In this document: positions 36,832 through 45,189 of the stretch, piece by piece
Position numbering within the stretch: the stretch's first letter is position 1
How the letters are laid out: the number at the start of each line of letters is the position of its first letter
Assembly: GCA_905479165.1 (NCBI GenBank)
Contig: CAJQLK010000065.1
Span: 1-49,462, forward strand
Source of the DNA: an uncultured Flavobacteriales bacterium
GTDB lineage: Bacteria > Bacteroidota > Bacteroidia > Flavobacteriales > BACL11
Reading direction: 5' to 3'
Length of the DNA: 49,462 bases
Position numbers and translations under genes: made by a program
Notes under the pieces: model-generated
Told to the model about the DNA's origin: nothing
The model's database searches: none
What the model saw: the letters and a program-made list of their open reading frames with translations, nothing else

Positions 36832-38964
36832 TTAAACTAAAATAAAATCCATTTGCTTTTTTTCTAAGTCGGCTCTTTGAATTTTAATTTTTACTTTTTG
36901 CCCTATTTGGTAACTGGACTTTGTTCGGTATCCAATTAGGGCATATTTTTTTTCATCAAAAATATAATGATCATCCTTAATACTACTTACTTTTACCAAA
37001 CCTTCACATTTATTTTGGGTAATTTCAATATATAGTCCCCACTCTGTAACTCCTGAAATAACACCATCATAAATAAAACCAATTTTATTTTTTAAAAACT
37101 TAACCTGCATAAATTTTATAGAATCACGCTCTGCTCTTGAAGAAACTTTTTCCATTTCTGAACAATGCTCACATATCTTCTCAACTAAATTTTTATTAAC
37201 AGATTCTCCACCACACAAATATTTATCTAGTAATCTGTGAACAATTAAGTCTGGATAACGTCTTATCGGAGAGGTAAAGTGAGAATAGTGTTTAAAAGCT
37301 AAACCATAATGACCTATATTATTAGTAGTATATATAGCTTTTGCCATTGAGCGTATGGTTAAGGTTTCTATCATTTGCTGCTCTCCCTTACCCTTTATAT
37401 TTTCAAGTAACTTATTTAATGAATGAGATAGTTTATTAGAATTTTCATTATTAATAGAATACCCTAGCTTTTTAACAATATTATTTAAAGTTGAAATCCT
37501 TTCTCCATCGGGCTTATCATGTATTCGGTAAACAAAAGTATTAGCTTTTTTTGATGAAGAGTTAATGTGTTTGGCAACGGTTTTATTAGCAAGCAGCATA
37601 AACTCTTCGATTAAATGATTGGAAGATAAACTCTCTTTAAAGTATACATTAATTGGATTGTTATCATCATCTAAAATAAATTTAACTTCTGTACTTTCAA
37701 AGTTTATAGAACCTTTTTTTTGTCTTTTCTTTCTTAATATTTTGGATAATCTATCAAGTAGTAAAATTTCTTTCGCCAACTTACCTTTTTTATTATCAAT
37801 AGTATCCTGAGCGGTTTTGTAGGTAAAGCGTACATCTGAATGAATAACAGTTTTTTTAATTATATAATCTATTACGTTAGCCGATTCATCCATTTCAAAA
37901 AGAATAGAGTATGCTAGTCGATCAACATTAGGCCTCAAAGAGCAAATATTATTTGAAAGCACTTCAGGTAGCATAGGTATTACTCTGTCAACTAAATAAA
38001 CTGAGGTAGCTCTTTCGGCCGCCTCTTTATCAATAATACCCCCTTCTTTAACATAATGAGAAACATCTGCAATGTGAACACCAACTTCCCAATTTCCGTT
38101 ATTTAGCTTTTTAACAGAAAGAGCGTCATCAAAATCTTTAGCGTCCTTAGGATCAATTGTAAAGGTGGTTGTATTTCTTATGTCAAGCCGCTTATTAATT
38201 TCTTCTTTAGAAATTTTTTCTAAAATTTTATTTACCACTTTCTCTACCTTATCTGGAAATTTTGGAGAAAAACCATAGTCATATAAAATTGAATTTATCT
38301 CAGTATCATGATCATTAATTTCACCAATAACTTCAACCACTTTTCCAATAGGGTTTTTATATTGTGAATCCCAACCATCAACCTTTACCAATACTTTTTT
38401 ATTTAGATATTCCCTTTTTATTGTTTTAGGTGGGATAAAGACATCAAATGAAACCTTTTTATCATCTGTATTTAAAAAATAATTTGAAGAAGAGTTATCT
38501 ATAACTCCAACAAACTCATCTTTTCTTCTTTTTATAACCTTTATAACTTCACCCTCCTGCTTATTTTTTCTTTTTAGGAAAAGCAACACCTCTACTTCAT
38601 CACCAGCTAAGGCAAATTGACTGTATTCTTTTGGGATGAAAACCTCATTTTCATCATCAATATTTGCATAAACACCTCTTTGATTATTGTTTTTTATAGT
38701 GGTAATAATTTTTGATGTTTTTTCCACCAACCTAAACGCACCTCTTTTGGTTTCTTCTAAAACACCAGATAAAACCATATCTTTCATCACATCAATTATC
38801 TGGATTTTCACACCCATTTCTTTAACTTTTAAAATTTTACCAACCTGTTTATAATTTAGCTTCTTTTTAGAATTTTCTCTAAAAATCACTAATAACAAAT
38901 CATATAGACGAGTGTTTGAAAACCCCCCTTTTCTATTTTTCTTAGATTTTTTCTTTTTCTTCAT
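36832..38964 (-). CDS. rnr: Ribonuclease R
   Basis: 710 aa. Basic N-terminus, RNB domain (DPKDAKDFDDALS, HIADVSHYV, RVIPMLP) and a C-terminal S1 domain. Confidence 0.92.
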   Translation of the reverse strand: MKKKKKSKKNRKGGFSNTRLYDLLLVIFRENSKKKLNYKQVGKILKVKEMGVKIQIIDVMKDMVLSGVLEETKRGAFRLVEKTSKIITTIKNNNQRGVYANIDDENEVFIPKEYSQFALAGDEVEVLLFLKRKNKQEGEVIKVIKRRKDEFVGVIDNSSSNYFLNTDDKKVSFDVFIPPKTIKREYLNKKVLVKVDGWDSQYKNPIGKVVEVIGEINDHDTEINSILYDYGFSPKFPDKVEKVVNKILEKISKEEINKRLDIRNTTTFTIDPKDAKDFDDALSVKKLNNGNWEVGVHIADVSHYVKEGGIIDKEAAERATSVYLVDRVIPMLPEVLSNNICSLRPNVDRLAYSILFEMDESANVIDYIIKKTVIHSDVRFTYKTAQDTIDNKKGKLAKEILLLDRLSKILRKKRQKKGSINFESTEVKFILDDDNNPINVYFKESLSSNHLIEEFMLLANKTVAKHINSSSKKANTFVYRIHDKPDGERISTLNNIVKKLGYSINNENSNKLSHSLNKLLENIKGKGEQQMIETLTIRSMAKAIYTTNNIGHYGLAFKHYSHFTSPIRRYPDLIVHRLLDKYLCGGESVNKNLVEKICEHCSEMEKVSSRAERDSIKFMQVKFLKNKIGFIYDGVISGVTEWGLYIEITQNKCEGLVKVSSIKDDHYIFDEKKYALIGYRTKSSYQIGQKVKIKIQRADLEKKQMDFILV

Positions 38965-39001
38965 ATTATAGTGGTAAAAATAATGGTAATTTTACCATCA
39001 A

Positions 39002-39247
39002 GTGCTAATTAAAAGTAAACATATCATTATCTTGTTGTTAAGTGTTTTGATTTTATCGTCATGCAGAACGAAAAAGAAAACGTTTAACGGTACTTCAACT
39101 CTAAAATGTACTGATTATGATGGGTCTTCTACCAAAACAAAACAAAAGAAAAAAACAAAATGGAGTTTAGTGCTTTATAAAGATGGAGACAAGGTTGGAG
39201 GAAAAACTAAAAAAGGAAAAAGTAGACTTTTTAAAAAGAAAAAATAG
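39002..39247 (+). CDS. Small lysine-rich lipoprotein (hypothetical)
   Basis: 81 aa with a GTG start. Lipobox LILSSC, and the mature part is about one-third Lys. No recognisable domain. Confidence 0.4.
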   Translation: MLIKSKHIIILLLSVLILSSCRTKKKTFNGTSTLKCTDYDGSSTKTKQKKKTKWSLVLYKDGDKVGGKTKKGKSRLFKKKK

Positions 39248-39270
39248 TACAATGTAACCTTTACTAAAAT

Positions 39271-39304
39271 ATAGTCGTTAATCAAAGCAATAGGAAACGA
39301 CTAT
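39271..39304 (+). promoter_or_regulatory. 9-bp stem-loop whose 3' arm includes the first two bases of the 39303 start codon
   Basis: ATAGTCGTT (39271-39279) pairs with AACGACTAT (39296-39304), leaving a 16-nt loop. The ATG is at 39303-39305. Confidence 0.4.
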
Positions 39305-40286
39305 GAAACAATTTTTACTTACAATTATTATTTTACCATTTTTACTTTCTGCACAAGCAGAGGAAAAAAAAATATTTAGTTTCTCAAACTCTCCTATTCC
39401 CGATCAAAACATAACAGCAATTGCAACTGATAATACTGGATTAAATTGGATAGGAACACTTGAGGGTTTAATTTGTTACAATGGAAAAATGTGGCATACA
39501 ATCACATCTAAAAACAGCAAACTACCCTCTAATAAAGTTTTATCAATAAAAATAGTTGGTAATATAAAATACATTGGTACCACTGAAGGGTTGCTGGTAA
39601 TTGATAATAACACTTGGGATGTTTATACTTCCAAAAACAGCAATCTCCCATCTGATAAAATTAGGCAAATTATAAAAATAAAAGATAATATTTTAGTAGC
39701 AACATCTAAAGGGTTGGTAAAATATAGTAATGATTTTGAAGTGATTTTGTCAAGTGATAAAAATGGAATAATTGATGATGATTTTATATCAATGAATGTA
39801 GATCATAATAATGTTGTTTGGCTTGGAACAAATAGCGGATTATATAGTTTTTCAAATAATATATGGAGAATTTATAACACAAAAAACTCAGAGTTACCTA
39901 ATAATAATATTTGGGATATAGTAATAGACGGAGAGGGAAAAAAATGGATAGCAACAAAAAGAGGTATAATTACTATACTAGACGATCAATGGGTTTTGTA
40001 CAATAAAAAAAATACCCCACTTAAAACAAACACAATTAAATCTTTAGTTTATGATGATTATGATCAAATTTGGGTAGGAACCGACAAAGGAGTTGTTTCT
40101 TTTGATGGAGAAGATTGGAAAAAACATAGAATAAGCCACAAAAAAGCGCTGTTAACCTCATTATTTATCGACGATTTTGATAACAAATGGGTGTGTACCC
40201 TAAAAGATGTAATTGTATATAATATTGATGGTGTGGAGTTTAAGAACAATATTAGTGCGCAAAATAGCGTTATTTTAACCAAATAA
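39303..40286 (+). CDS. Stand-alone two-component-regulator propeller (Reg_prop) domain protein, secreted
   Basis: 327 aa with a signal peptide. Seven repeats of the I..I..D..G..W(I/V)GT..GL..Y type are separated by W..Y...NS.LP(S/N)N. No kinase or receiver domain follows. Confidence 0.7.
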   Translation: MKQFLLTIIILPFLLSAQAEEKKIFSFSNSPIPDQNITAIATDNTGLNWIGTLEGLICYNGKMWHTITSKNSKLPSNKVLSIKIVGNIKYIGTTEGLLVIDNNTWDVYTSKNSNLPSDKIRQIIKIKDNILVATSKGLVKYSNDFEVILSSDKNGIIDDDFISMNVDHNNVVWLGTNSGLYSFSNNIWRIYNTKNSELPNNNIWDIVIDGEGKKWIATKRGIITILDDQWVLYNKKNTPLKTNTIKSLVYDDYDQIWVGTDKGVVSFDGEDWKKHRISHKKALLTSLFIDDFDNKWVCTLKDVIVYNIDGVEFKNNISAQNSVILTK

Positions 40287-40325
40287 ACAAATCAAAGAAT
40301 GAAACACATTTTTTGGTTAATACGC

Positions 40326-40357
40326 AAAAAAACCAACTAGTTATAGTTGGTTTTTTT
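40326..40357. terminator. Bidirectional intrinsic terminator shared by the propeller gene (+) and tRNA-Asn (-)
   Basis: A7-CCAACTA-gtta-TAGTTGG-T7. The perfect 7-bp stem is extendable through the A/T runs. Confidence 0.6.
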
Positions 40358-40362
40358 GTTTG

Positions 40363-40436
40363 CTCCCCCTCTAGGACTCGAACCTAGGACCCTCTGATTA
40401 ACAGTCAGATGCTCTAACCAGCTGAGCTAAGGAGGA
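40363..40436 (-). tRNA. tRNA-Asn (anticodon GTT)
   Basis: The minus strand reads TCCTCCTTAGCTCAGCTGGTTAGAGCATCTGACTGTTAATCAGAGGGTCCTAGGTTCGAGTCCTAGAGGGGGAG. It folds by hand into a cloverleaf: 7-bp acceptor stem (one G-U), GCTC/GAGC D stem, TCTGA/TCAGA anticodon stem with loop CTGTTAA, and CTAGG/CCTAG T stem with TTCGAGT. CCA is not encoded. Confidence 0.9.
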
Positions 40437-40487
40437 GTGTTTGTTAAAAACGCCAGCAAAAATATAAGAATGGATTAAATAATACAA

Positions 40488-40495
40488 TATATTTG
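40488..40495 (+). promoter_or_regulatory. Candidate -7 box (TATATTTG) upstream of the PfkB kinase gene
   Basis: ATATATTTGCAAAA matches TAnnTTTG, 13 nt upstream of the ATG at 40509, which would give a very short leader. Confidence 0.3.
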
Positions 40496-40508
40496 CAAAA
40501 AAAAATTT

Positions 40509-41432
40509 ATGAGTATTTTAGTTGTTGGAACAGTAGCTTTTGACGCAATAGAAACGCCTTTTGGAAAAACAGATAAAATAGTTGGAGGTGCTGCAACTTA
40601 TATTTGCCTATCGTCTTCATTTTTTGCAAACAAATTAAACTTAGTTTCAGTTGTTGGTGACGATTTTCCTTCTAAAGCAATTCAAATGTTAAAAAATAAA
40701 AATGTAAACACCAAAGGGTTGCAAATAAAAGAAGGTGAAAAAACATTTTTCTGGTCAGGGAAATATCATAATGACATGAACACTAGAGATACTATTGATA
40801 CCCAACTTAATGTTTTAGAAAATTTTGATCCAATTGTGCCTAAAGAGTTTAAAGATTCAGAATTTTTAATGTTAGGGAATTTAATGCCGAGTGTTCAGAA
40901 AAAAGTTTTAGATCAAATGATAAAAAGACCAAAACTAATTGTTTTAGATACAATGAATTTTTGGATGGATCTCTTTATGGATGATTTAAAAGAAGCACTT
41001 AAAGAGGTAGATGTTTTAACAATAAATGATGAGGAAGCAAGGCAATTGTCTGGAGAGTATTCATTAGTAAAGGCTGCAAAAGTTATTTTAGCAATGGGGC
41101 CTAAATATCTAATAATTAAAAAAGGAGAACATGGTGCTCTTTTATTTAATAATGAAGAAGTATTTTTTGCTCCTGCAATTCCTCTAGAAGAAGTGTTTGA
41201 TCCAACTGGGGCTGGCGATTCCTTTGCTGGAGGTTTTATAGGTTATTTGGCTAAAACAAATGATGTTTCGTTTGAAAACATGAAGAGAGCAGTAATTAAC
41301 GGCTCTGCAATGGCATCATTTTGTGTGGAGAAATTTGGAACAGAGAAGTTAACTGAAATCAACCAAGACGATGTTGACGCAAGAATTAATGAGTTTGTGA
41401 ATTTGGTTAAGTTTGATATTTCTTTAAAATAA
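40509..41432 (+). CDS. PfkB-family carbohydrate kinase
   Basis: 307 aa. C-terminal signature DPTGAGDSFAGGF and N-terminal GGAA.Y pattern. Confidence 0.85.
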   Translation: MSILVVGTVAFDAIETPFGKTDKIVGGAATYICLSSSFFANKLNLVSVVGDDFPSKAIQMLKNKNVNTKGLQIKEGEKTFFWSGKYHNDMNTRDTIDTQLNVLENFDPIVPKEFKDSEFLMLGNLMPSVQKKVLDQMIKRPKLIVLDTMNFWMDLFMDDLKEALKEVDVLTINDEEARQLSGEYSLVKAAKVILAMGPKYLIIKKGEHGALLFNNEEVFFAPAIPLEEVFDPTGAGDSFAGGFIGYLAKTNDVSFENMKRAVINGSAMASFCVEKFGTEKLTEINQDDVDARINEFVNLVKFDISLK

Positions 41433-41903
41433 AGAACCACCCTTATTAACCACATTGTTTTCATACCACAGATCGGTTAATAGGTTTTGGCTGTCAGCAG
41501 CTTCAACTGCTAAAAAATCACACCTTTCATTTTCCTTATTATTAGCATGACCCTTTACCCAAATAAAAGAAACTTTTTGCACTCTATAAATTTTAAGAAA
41601 CCTAATCCATAAATCAGGGTTTTTCTTTCTATTAAAATTTTTTTTCTCCCAACCAAACACCCATTTTTTTTCTACTGAATCAATAACATATTTTGAGTCA
41701 GAGTAAATTGTAATTTCAGAATTTTCTTTTTTTACACTTTCAAGAGCAATAATTACAGCCAATAACTCCATTCTATTGTTTGTAGTCAATTTAAACCCTT
41801 GCCATAATTCTTTACGATAACCACTACTCATCATTACAATTCCATAACCTCCATTTCCAGGATTTCCTTTAGCAGAGCCATCAGTATAAATAATTATACT
41901 CAT
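41424..41903 (-). CDS. rnhA: Ribonuclease HI
   Basis: 159 aa. IYTDGSAKGNPGNGGYG, TNNRMEL, DSKYV and GHANNKENERCDFLA (DEDD residues). Confidence 0.92.
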   Translation of the reverse strand: MSIIIYTDGSAKGNPGNGGYGIVMMSSGYRKELWQGFKLTTNNRMELLAVIIALESVKKENSEITIYSDSKYVIDSVEKKWVFGWEKKNFNRKKNPDLWIRFLKIYRVQKVSFIWVKGHANNKENERCDFLAVEAADSQNLLTDLWYENNVVNKGGSLF

Positions 41904-42469
41904 AAGGAAAATAATGTTTTTTCAATAATTTTAGGAAATAAAGACTGTTCTAATTCATGAATCTTAGCAGTTAAACTTTCTAAATTTTCATCAGGAGAAA
42001 GACTAAAACTTTCTTGGAAAATAATTTTTCCCTCATCATAATTTTGATTTACAAAATGGACGCTAATTCCACTTTCAGTTTCTTTGTTTTCCAAAACTGC
42101 CCTATAAACATTTTCACCATACATTCCTTTCCCACCATATTTAGGCAACAAAGAGGGGTGAATATTAATAATCTTATTAGGGTATTGATTAATCATTTTT
42201 GAAGGTATTTTTAATAAAAATCCAGCTAAAATAATATAATCAACCTTATGTTTTACCAGTATTTTCTCTAAATCATCAAATTTTTTTAGATCAGAATTTG
42301 ATGTAAACACCATTGGAACCTTCAATTTTTTAGCCCTTTCTACAATTAAAGCATCTTTTCTATTTGTACACATAATAACCACCTTAATATCAGATGAGTT
42401 ATTGAAATAAACACAAATATTCTCAGCATTACTTCCTGCACCCGAACCAAAAATTGCTAACCTTTTCAC
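41900..42469 (-). CDS. purN: Phosphoribosylglycinamide formyltransferase
   Basis: 189 aa. FGSGAGSNAENI and NIHPSLLPKYGG motifs. Confidence 0.9.
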   Translation of the reverse strand: MKRLAIFGSGAGSNAENICVYFNNSSDIKVVIMCTNRKDALIVERAKKLKVPMVFTSNSDLKKFDDLEKILVKHKVDYIILAGFLLKIPSKMINQYPNKIINIHPSLLPKYGGKGMYGENVYRAVLENKETESGISVHFVNQNYDEGKIIFQESFSLSPDENLESLTAKIHELEQSLFPKIIEKTLFSL

Positions 42470-42590
42470 TTCTTAAAATTTTTATCAAAAATAGTATAAA
42501 CAAACAGATGTTAAAATAGAAAATAAGAAAGTTTGCAAATTCTTTTTATTATAGTTTTATTTGCACCTTATTAACTAAAAAAATTTTAAC

Positions 42591-42827
42591 ATGTCAGATA
42601 TAGCAGAAAAAGTAAAAGCAATTATTATTGATAACCTAGGGGTTGATGCTAGTGAGGTAACGGCTGCAGCAAGTTTTACAAATGATTTAGGAGCAGATTC
42701 TTTAGATACAGTAGAGCTTATTATGGAATTCGAAAAAGAATTTGACATTCAAATTCCAGACGATAAAGCTGAAGCTATTGCAACGGTTGGTGACGCTGTT
42801 TCTTTTATTGAAGAAGCTAAAGCCTAA
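42591..42827 (+). CDS. acpP: Acyl carrier protein
   Basis: 78 aa. [14 protein letters not shown] phosphopantetheine attachment site. Confidence 0.95.
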   Translation: MSDIAEKVKAIIIDNLGVDASEVTAAASFTNDLGADSLDTVELIMEFEKEFDIQIPDDKAEAIATVGDAVSFIEEAKA

Positions 42828-42833
42828 CTAAAA

Positions 42834-44087
42834 ATGAAAAGCAGAAGAGTAGTTGTTACAGGAATAGGAGCCCTAACCCCTATAGGTAACAATGTACAGG
42901 ATTACTGGAAAGCCTTAGTCGATGGAGTAAGTGGCGCCGCACCAATCACTAATTTTGATGCTTCAAATTTTAAAACACAATTTGCTTGCGAATTAAAAGA
43001 CTTTGAGGTTACAGGTTTTTTACACAAAAAAGTAGCAAGAAAAATGGATCCTTTTTGCCAATACGCTATGGTTGCGGCGGAAGAGGCAATAAATAATTCG
43101 CTTTTAAATATTGAAAACATAGATTTAGATAGAGCTGGAGTTATTTGGGGTTCTGGAATTGGAGGAATGAAAACATTTCAACAGGAAACTTCTGATTTTG
43201 CAACAGGTAGCGGAACACCTAGATATAGTCCATTTTTTATTCCAAAGTTAATTTCTGATATTCCTGCTGGTCATATTTCAATAAAATATGGTTTTAGAGG
43301 CCCAAACTTTACTACAGTTTCAGCTTGCGCTTCATCGACAAATGCATTAATTGACGCGTTTAACTATATTAAATGGAATAAGGCAGATATTTTTATTGCT
43401 GGAGGCTCTGAGGCTTGTATTTTTGAAACAGGAATGGGAGGCTTTAACGCAATGATGGCGTTATCTACTCGTAATGATGACCCACAATCAGCATCTCGTC
43501 CATTCGACAAAGATAGGGATGGATTTGTGATGGGAGAAGGGGCTGGAGCAATTGTGTTGGAGGAATATGAGCACGCAATAAAAAGGGGAGCAACAATTTA
43601 TGCAGAGGTTGTTGGGGGAGGATTAACAGCAGATGCACATCATATTACAGCTCCACACCCTGAAGGATTAGGCGCAAGAAATGTAATGAAACTAGCTATT
43701 GAAGACGCTGGTGTTGATATTACAGATATTGATTATGTAAATGTTCACGGAACATCTACACCTCTTGGAGATATTGCAGAAACAAAGGCAATTAAGGATT
43801 TGTTTAGTAAGCATGCGTATAATTTAAATATTAGCTCAACTAAATCAATGACAGGGCATCTTTTAGGTGCTGCTGGAGTAATTGAGTCTATTGCTTGTAT
43901 AATGGCGGTAAGAAATGACATTATTCCCCCTACAATAAATCATAAAACAGATGATCCAAATATTGATAACAAGTTGAATTTAACCCTTAATACAGCACAA
44001 AAAAGGAAAGTTAATTATGCACTTACTAATACATTTGGATTTGGAGGACATAACGCCTCTGTGTTATTTAAAAAATACGAATCATAA
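42834..44087 (+). CDS. fabF: Beta-ketoacyl-ACP synthase II
   Basis: 417 aa. Active-site SACASS, HGTSTPLGD and GHLLGAAG. Confidence 0.95.
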   Translation: MKSRRVVVTGIGALTPIGNNVQDYWKALVDGVSGAAPITNFDASNFKTQFACELKDFEVTGFLHKKVARKMDPFCQYAMVAAEEAINNSLLNIENIDLDRAGVIWGSGIGGMKTFQQETSDFATGSGTPRYSPFFIPKLISDIPAGHISIKYGFRGPNFTTVSACASSTNALIDAFNYIKWNKADIFIAGGSEACIFETGMGGFNAMMALSTRNDDPQSASRPFDKDRDGFVMGEGAGAIVLEEYEHAIKRGATIYAEVVGGGLTADAHHITAPHPEGLGARNVMKLAIEDAGVDITDIDYVNVHGTSTPLGDIAETKAIKDLFSKHAYNLNISSTKSMTGHLLGAAGVIESIACIMAVRNDIIPPTINHKTDDPNIDNKLNLTLNTAQKRKVNYALTNTFGFGGHNASVLFKKYES

Positions 44088-44764
44088 GTTTTTTTAAAAC
44101 AATAAAATCAAAACTCACTTTTAAGAAAAAGGGGGAGTTTTTTTTATTTCAATTATTAGGGTATCATTCTGAAAATGAAATTTATAAAAAAGCATTTATT
44201 CATAAATCTTTCAATAAGAATAGTCATAACGAGAGATTAGAATACTTAGGCGATGCGATTCTATCCTCTATAGTTTCGGAATCATTATTTAATGATTACC
44301 CCAATGAAAAAGAGGGTTTCTTGTCTCAAAAAAGAGCAATAATTGTAGGTAGAAAACACTTGAACCTAGTTGGTAAAAAGATAATTCCAACTAAAGAGAT
44401 TAAAAGTAAATTGAATAAAATACCTCTTAGTGTTTATGGAAATACTTTGGAGGCAATTTTAGGAGCAATCTATATAGATAAGGGTTTTGGTAAAACAAAC
44501 TTATTTGTTCAAAAGTATATTTATACTTCAGAGTTTTTAAATGAATTATCAGACACAGATTTTAAGAGTAAACTTTTAAAATATTCTCAAAAGGAGAATG
44601 TAAATATTGAGTATAAAGTGGAAAAACAAGAAGGGCCTGATCACAAGAAGGAATTTTTGATTGCAATTTATTTTAATTATAATAAAATTGCAGAAGCAAG
44701 GGCATCATCAAAAAAAGAAGCCGAACAAAAAGCAGCCAAAAAAGCATATAAAACTGTATTTTAG
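44084..44764 (+). CDS. rnc: Ribonuclease III (start codon non-canonical or uncertain)
   Basis: The frame is open from 44072. Codons upstream of the tracked TTG (44321) encode ..FFLFQLLGYHSENEIYKKAFIHKSFNKNSHNERLEYLGDAILSSIVSESLF.., which is the RNase III signature. There is no in-frame ATG, GTG or TTG between 44072 and 44320. The best candidate is ATA at 44084, overlapping the fabF TAA stop. The C-terminus has the dsRBD (SKKEAEQKAAKKA). Confidence 0.75.
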   Translation: MSFFKTIKSKLTFKKKGEFFLFQLLGYHSENEIYKKAFIHKSFNKNSHNERLEYLGDAILSSIVSESLFNDYPNEKEGFLSQKRAIIVGRKHLNLVGKKIIPTKEIKSKLNKIPLSVYGNTLEAILGAIYIDKGFGKTNLFVQKYIYTSEFLNELSDTDFKSKLLKYSQKENVNIEYKVEKQEGPDHKKEFLIAIYFNYNKIAEARASSKKEAEQKAAKKAYKTVF

Positions 44765-44769
44765 CCCAA

Positions 44770-45189
44770 ATGAAAATGCATTACACTTTAGAGTGCGACA
44801 AAGAATATGAATTTGTTGTTTTAGCAATAAACAGCCACAGCAAAGCATATAAATTGTGTTGGAATTTAAATAACACACTTTTACTAAATTTTGAAATGAC
44901 TGATGAGCATTCGATTTCAGATGAATTGTTATTTACAAGATATAAAACTAAAACTGAAAGTGGGGCACAGATTAACCTTCTCGCCAACAGAACCAAGAAG
45001 GGTTACTTAATTCCATCACAAAAAAGTGTAAATTACTTTTTAGTTATTAAAGATGAGTGTTGGTGTGATGCAAAAGAATCATTTTTAAGTAAATTAAGAG
45101 CAATAAATGACATACTTTTGGTTTTTGAACTAGACTTAGAAAAAACTAAAAATAGTGACAGATTTATAATATATGATAAGAAAAACTAA
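44770..45189 (+). CDS. IPExxxVDY-family protein (function unknown)
   Basis: 139 aa. GYLIPSQKSVNYFLVIK fits the family-defining IPExxxVDY motif in degenerate form (IPSxxxVNY). The position between rnc and pyk is what I recall for Bacteroidota. Confidence 0.55.
   Translation: MKMHYTLECDKEYEFVVLAINSHSKAYKLCWNLNNTLLLNFEMTDEHSISDELLFTRYKTKTESGAQINLLANRTKKGYLIPSQKSVNYFLVIKDECWCDAKESFLSKLRAINDILLVFELDLEKTKNSDRFIIYDKKN

Noticed and set aside
44321-44764. TTG 44321 as the true rnc start (147-aa product)
   Set aside because: It would remove the RNase III catalytic signature (NERLEYLGDAIL), which is encoded in frame and stop-free immediately upstream. See the rnc finding.
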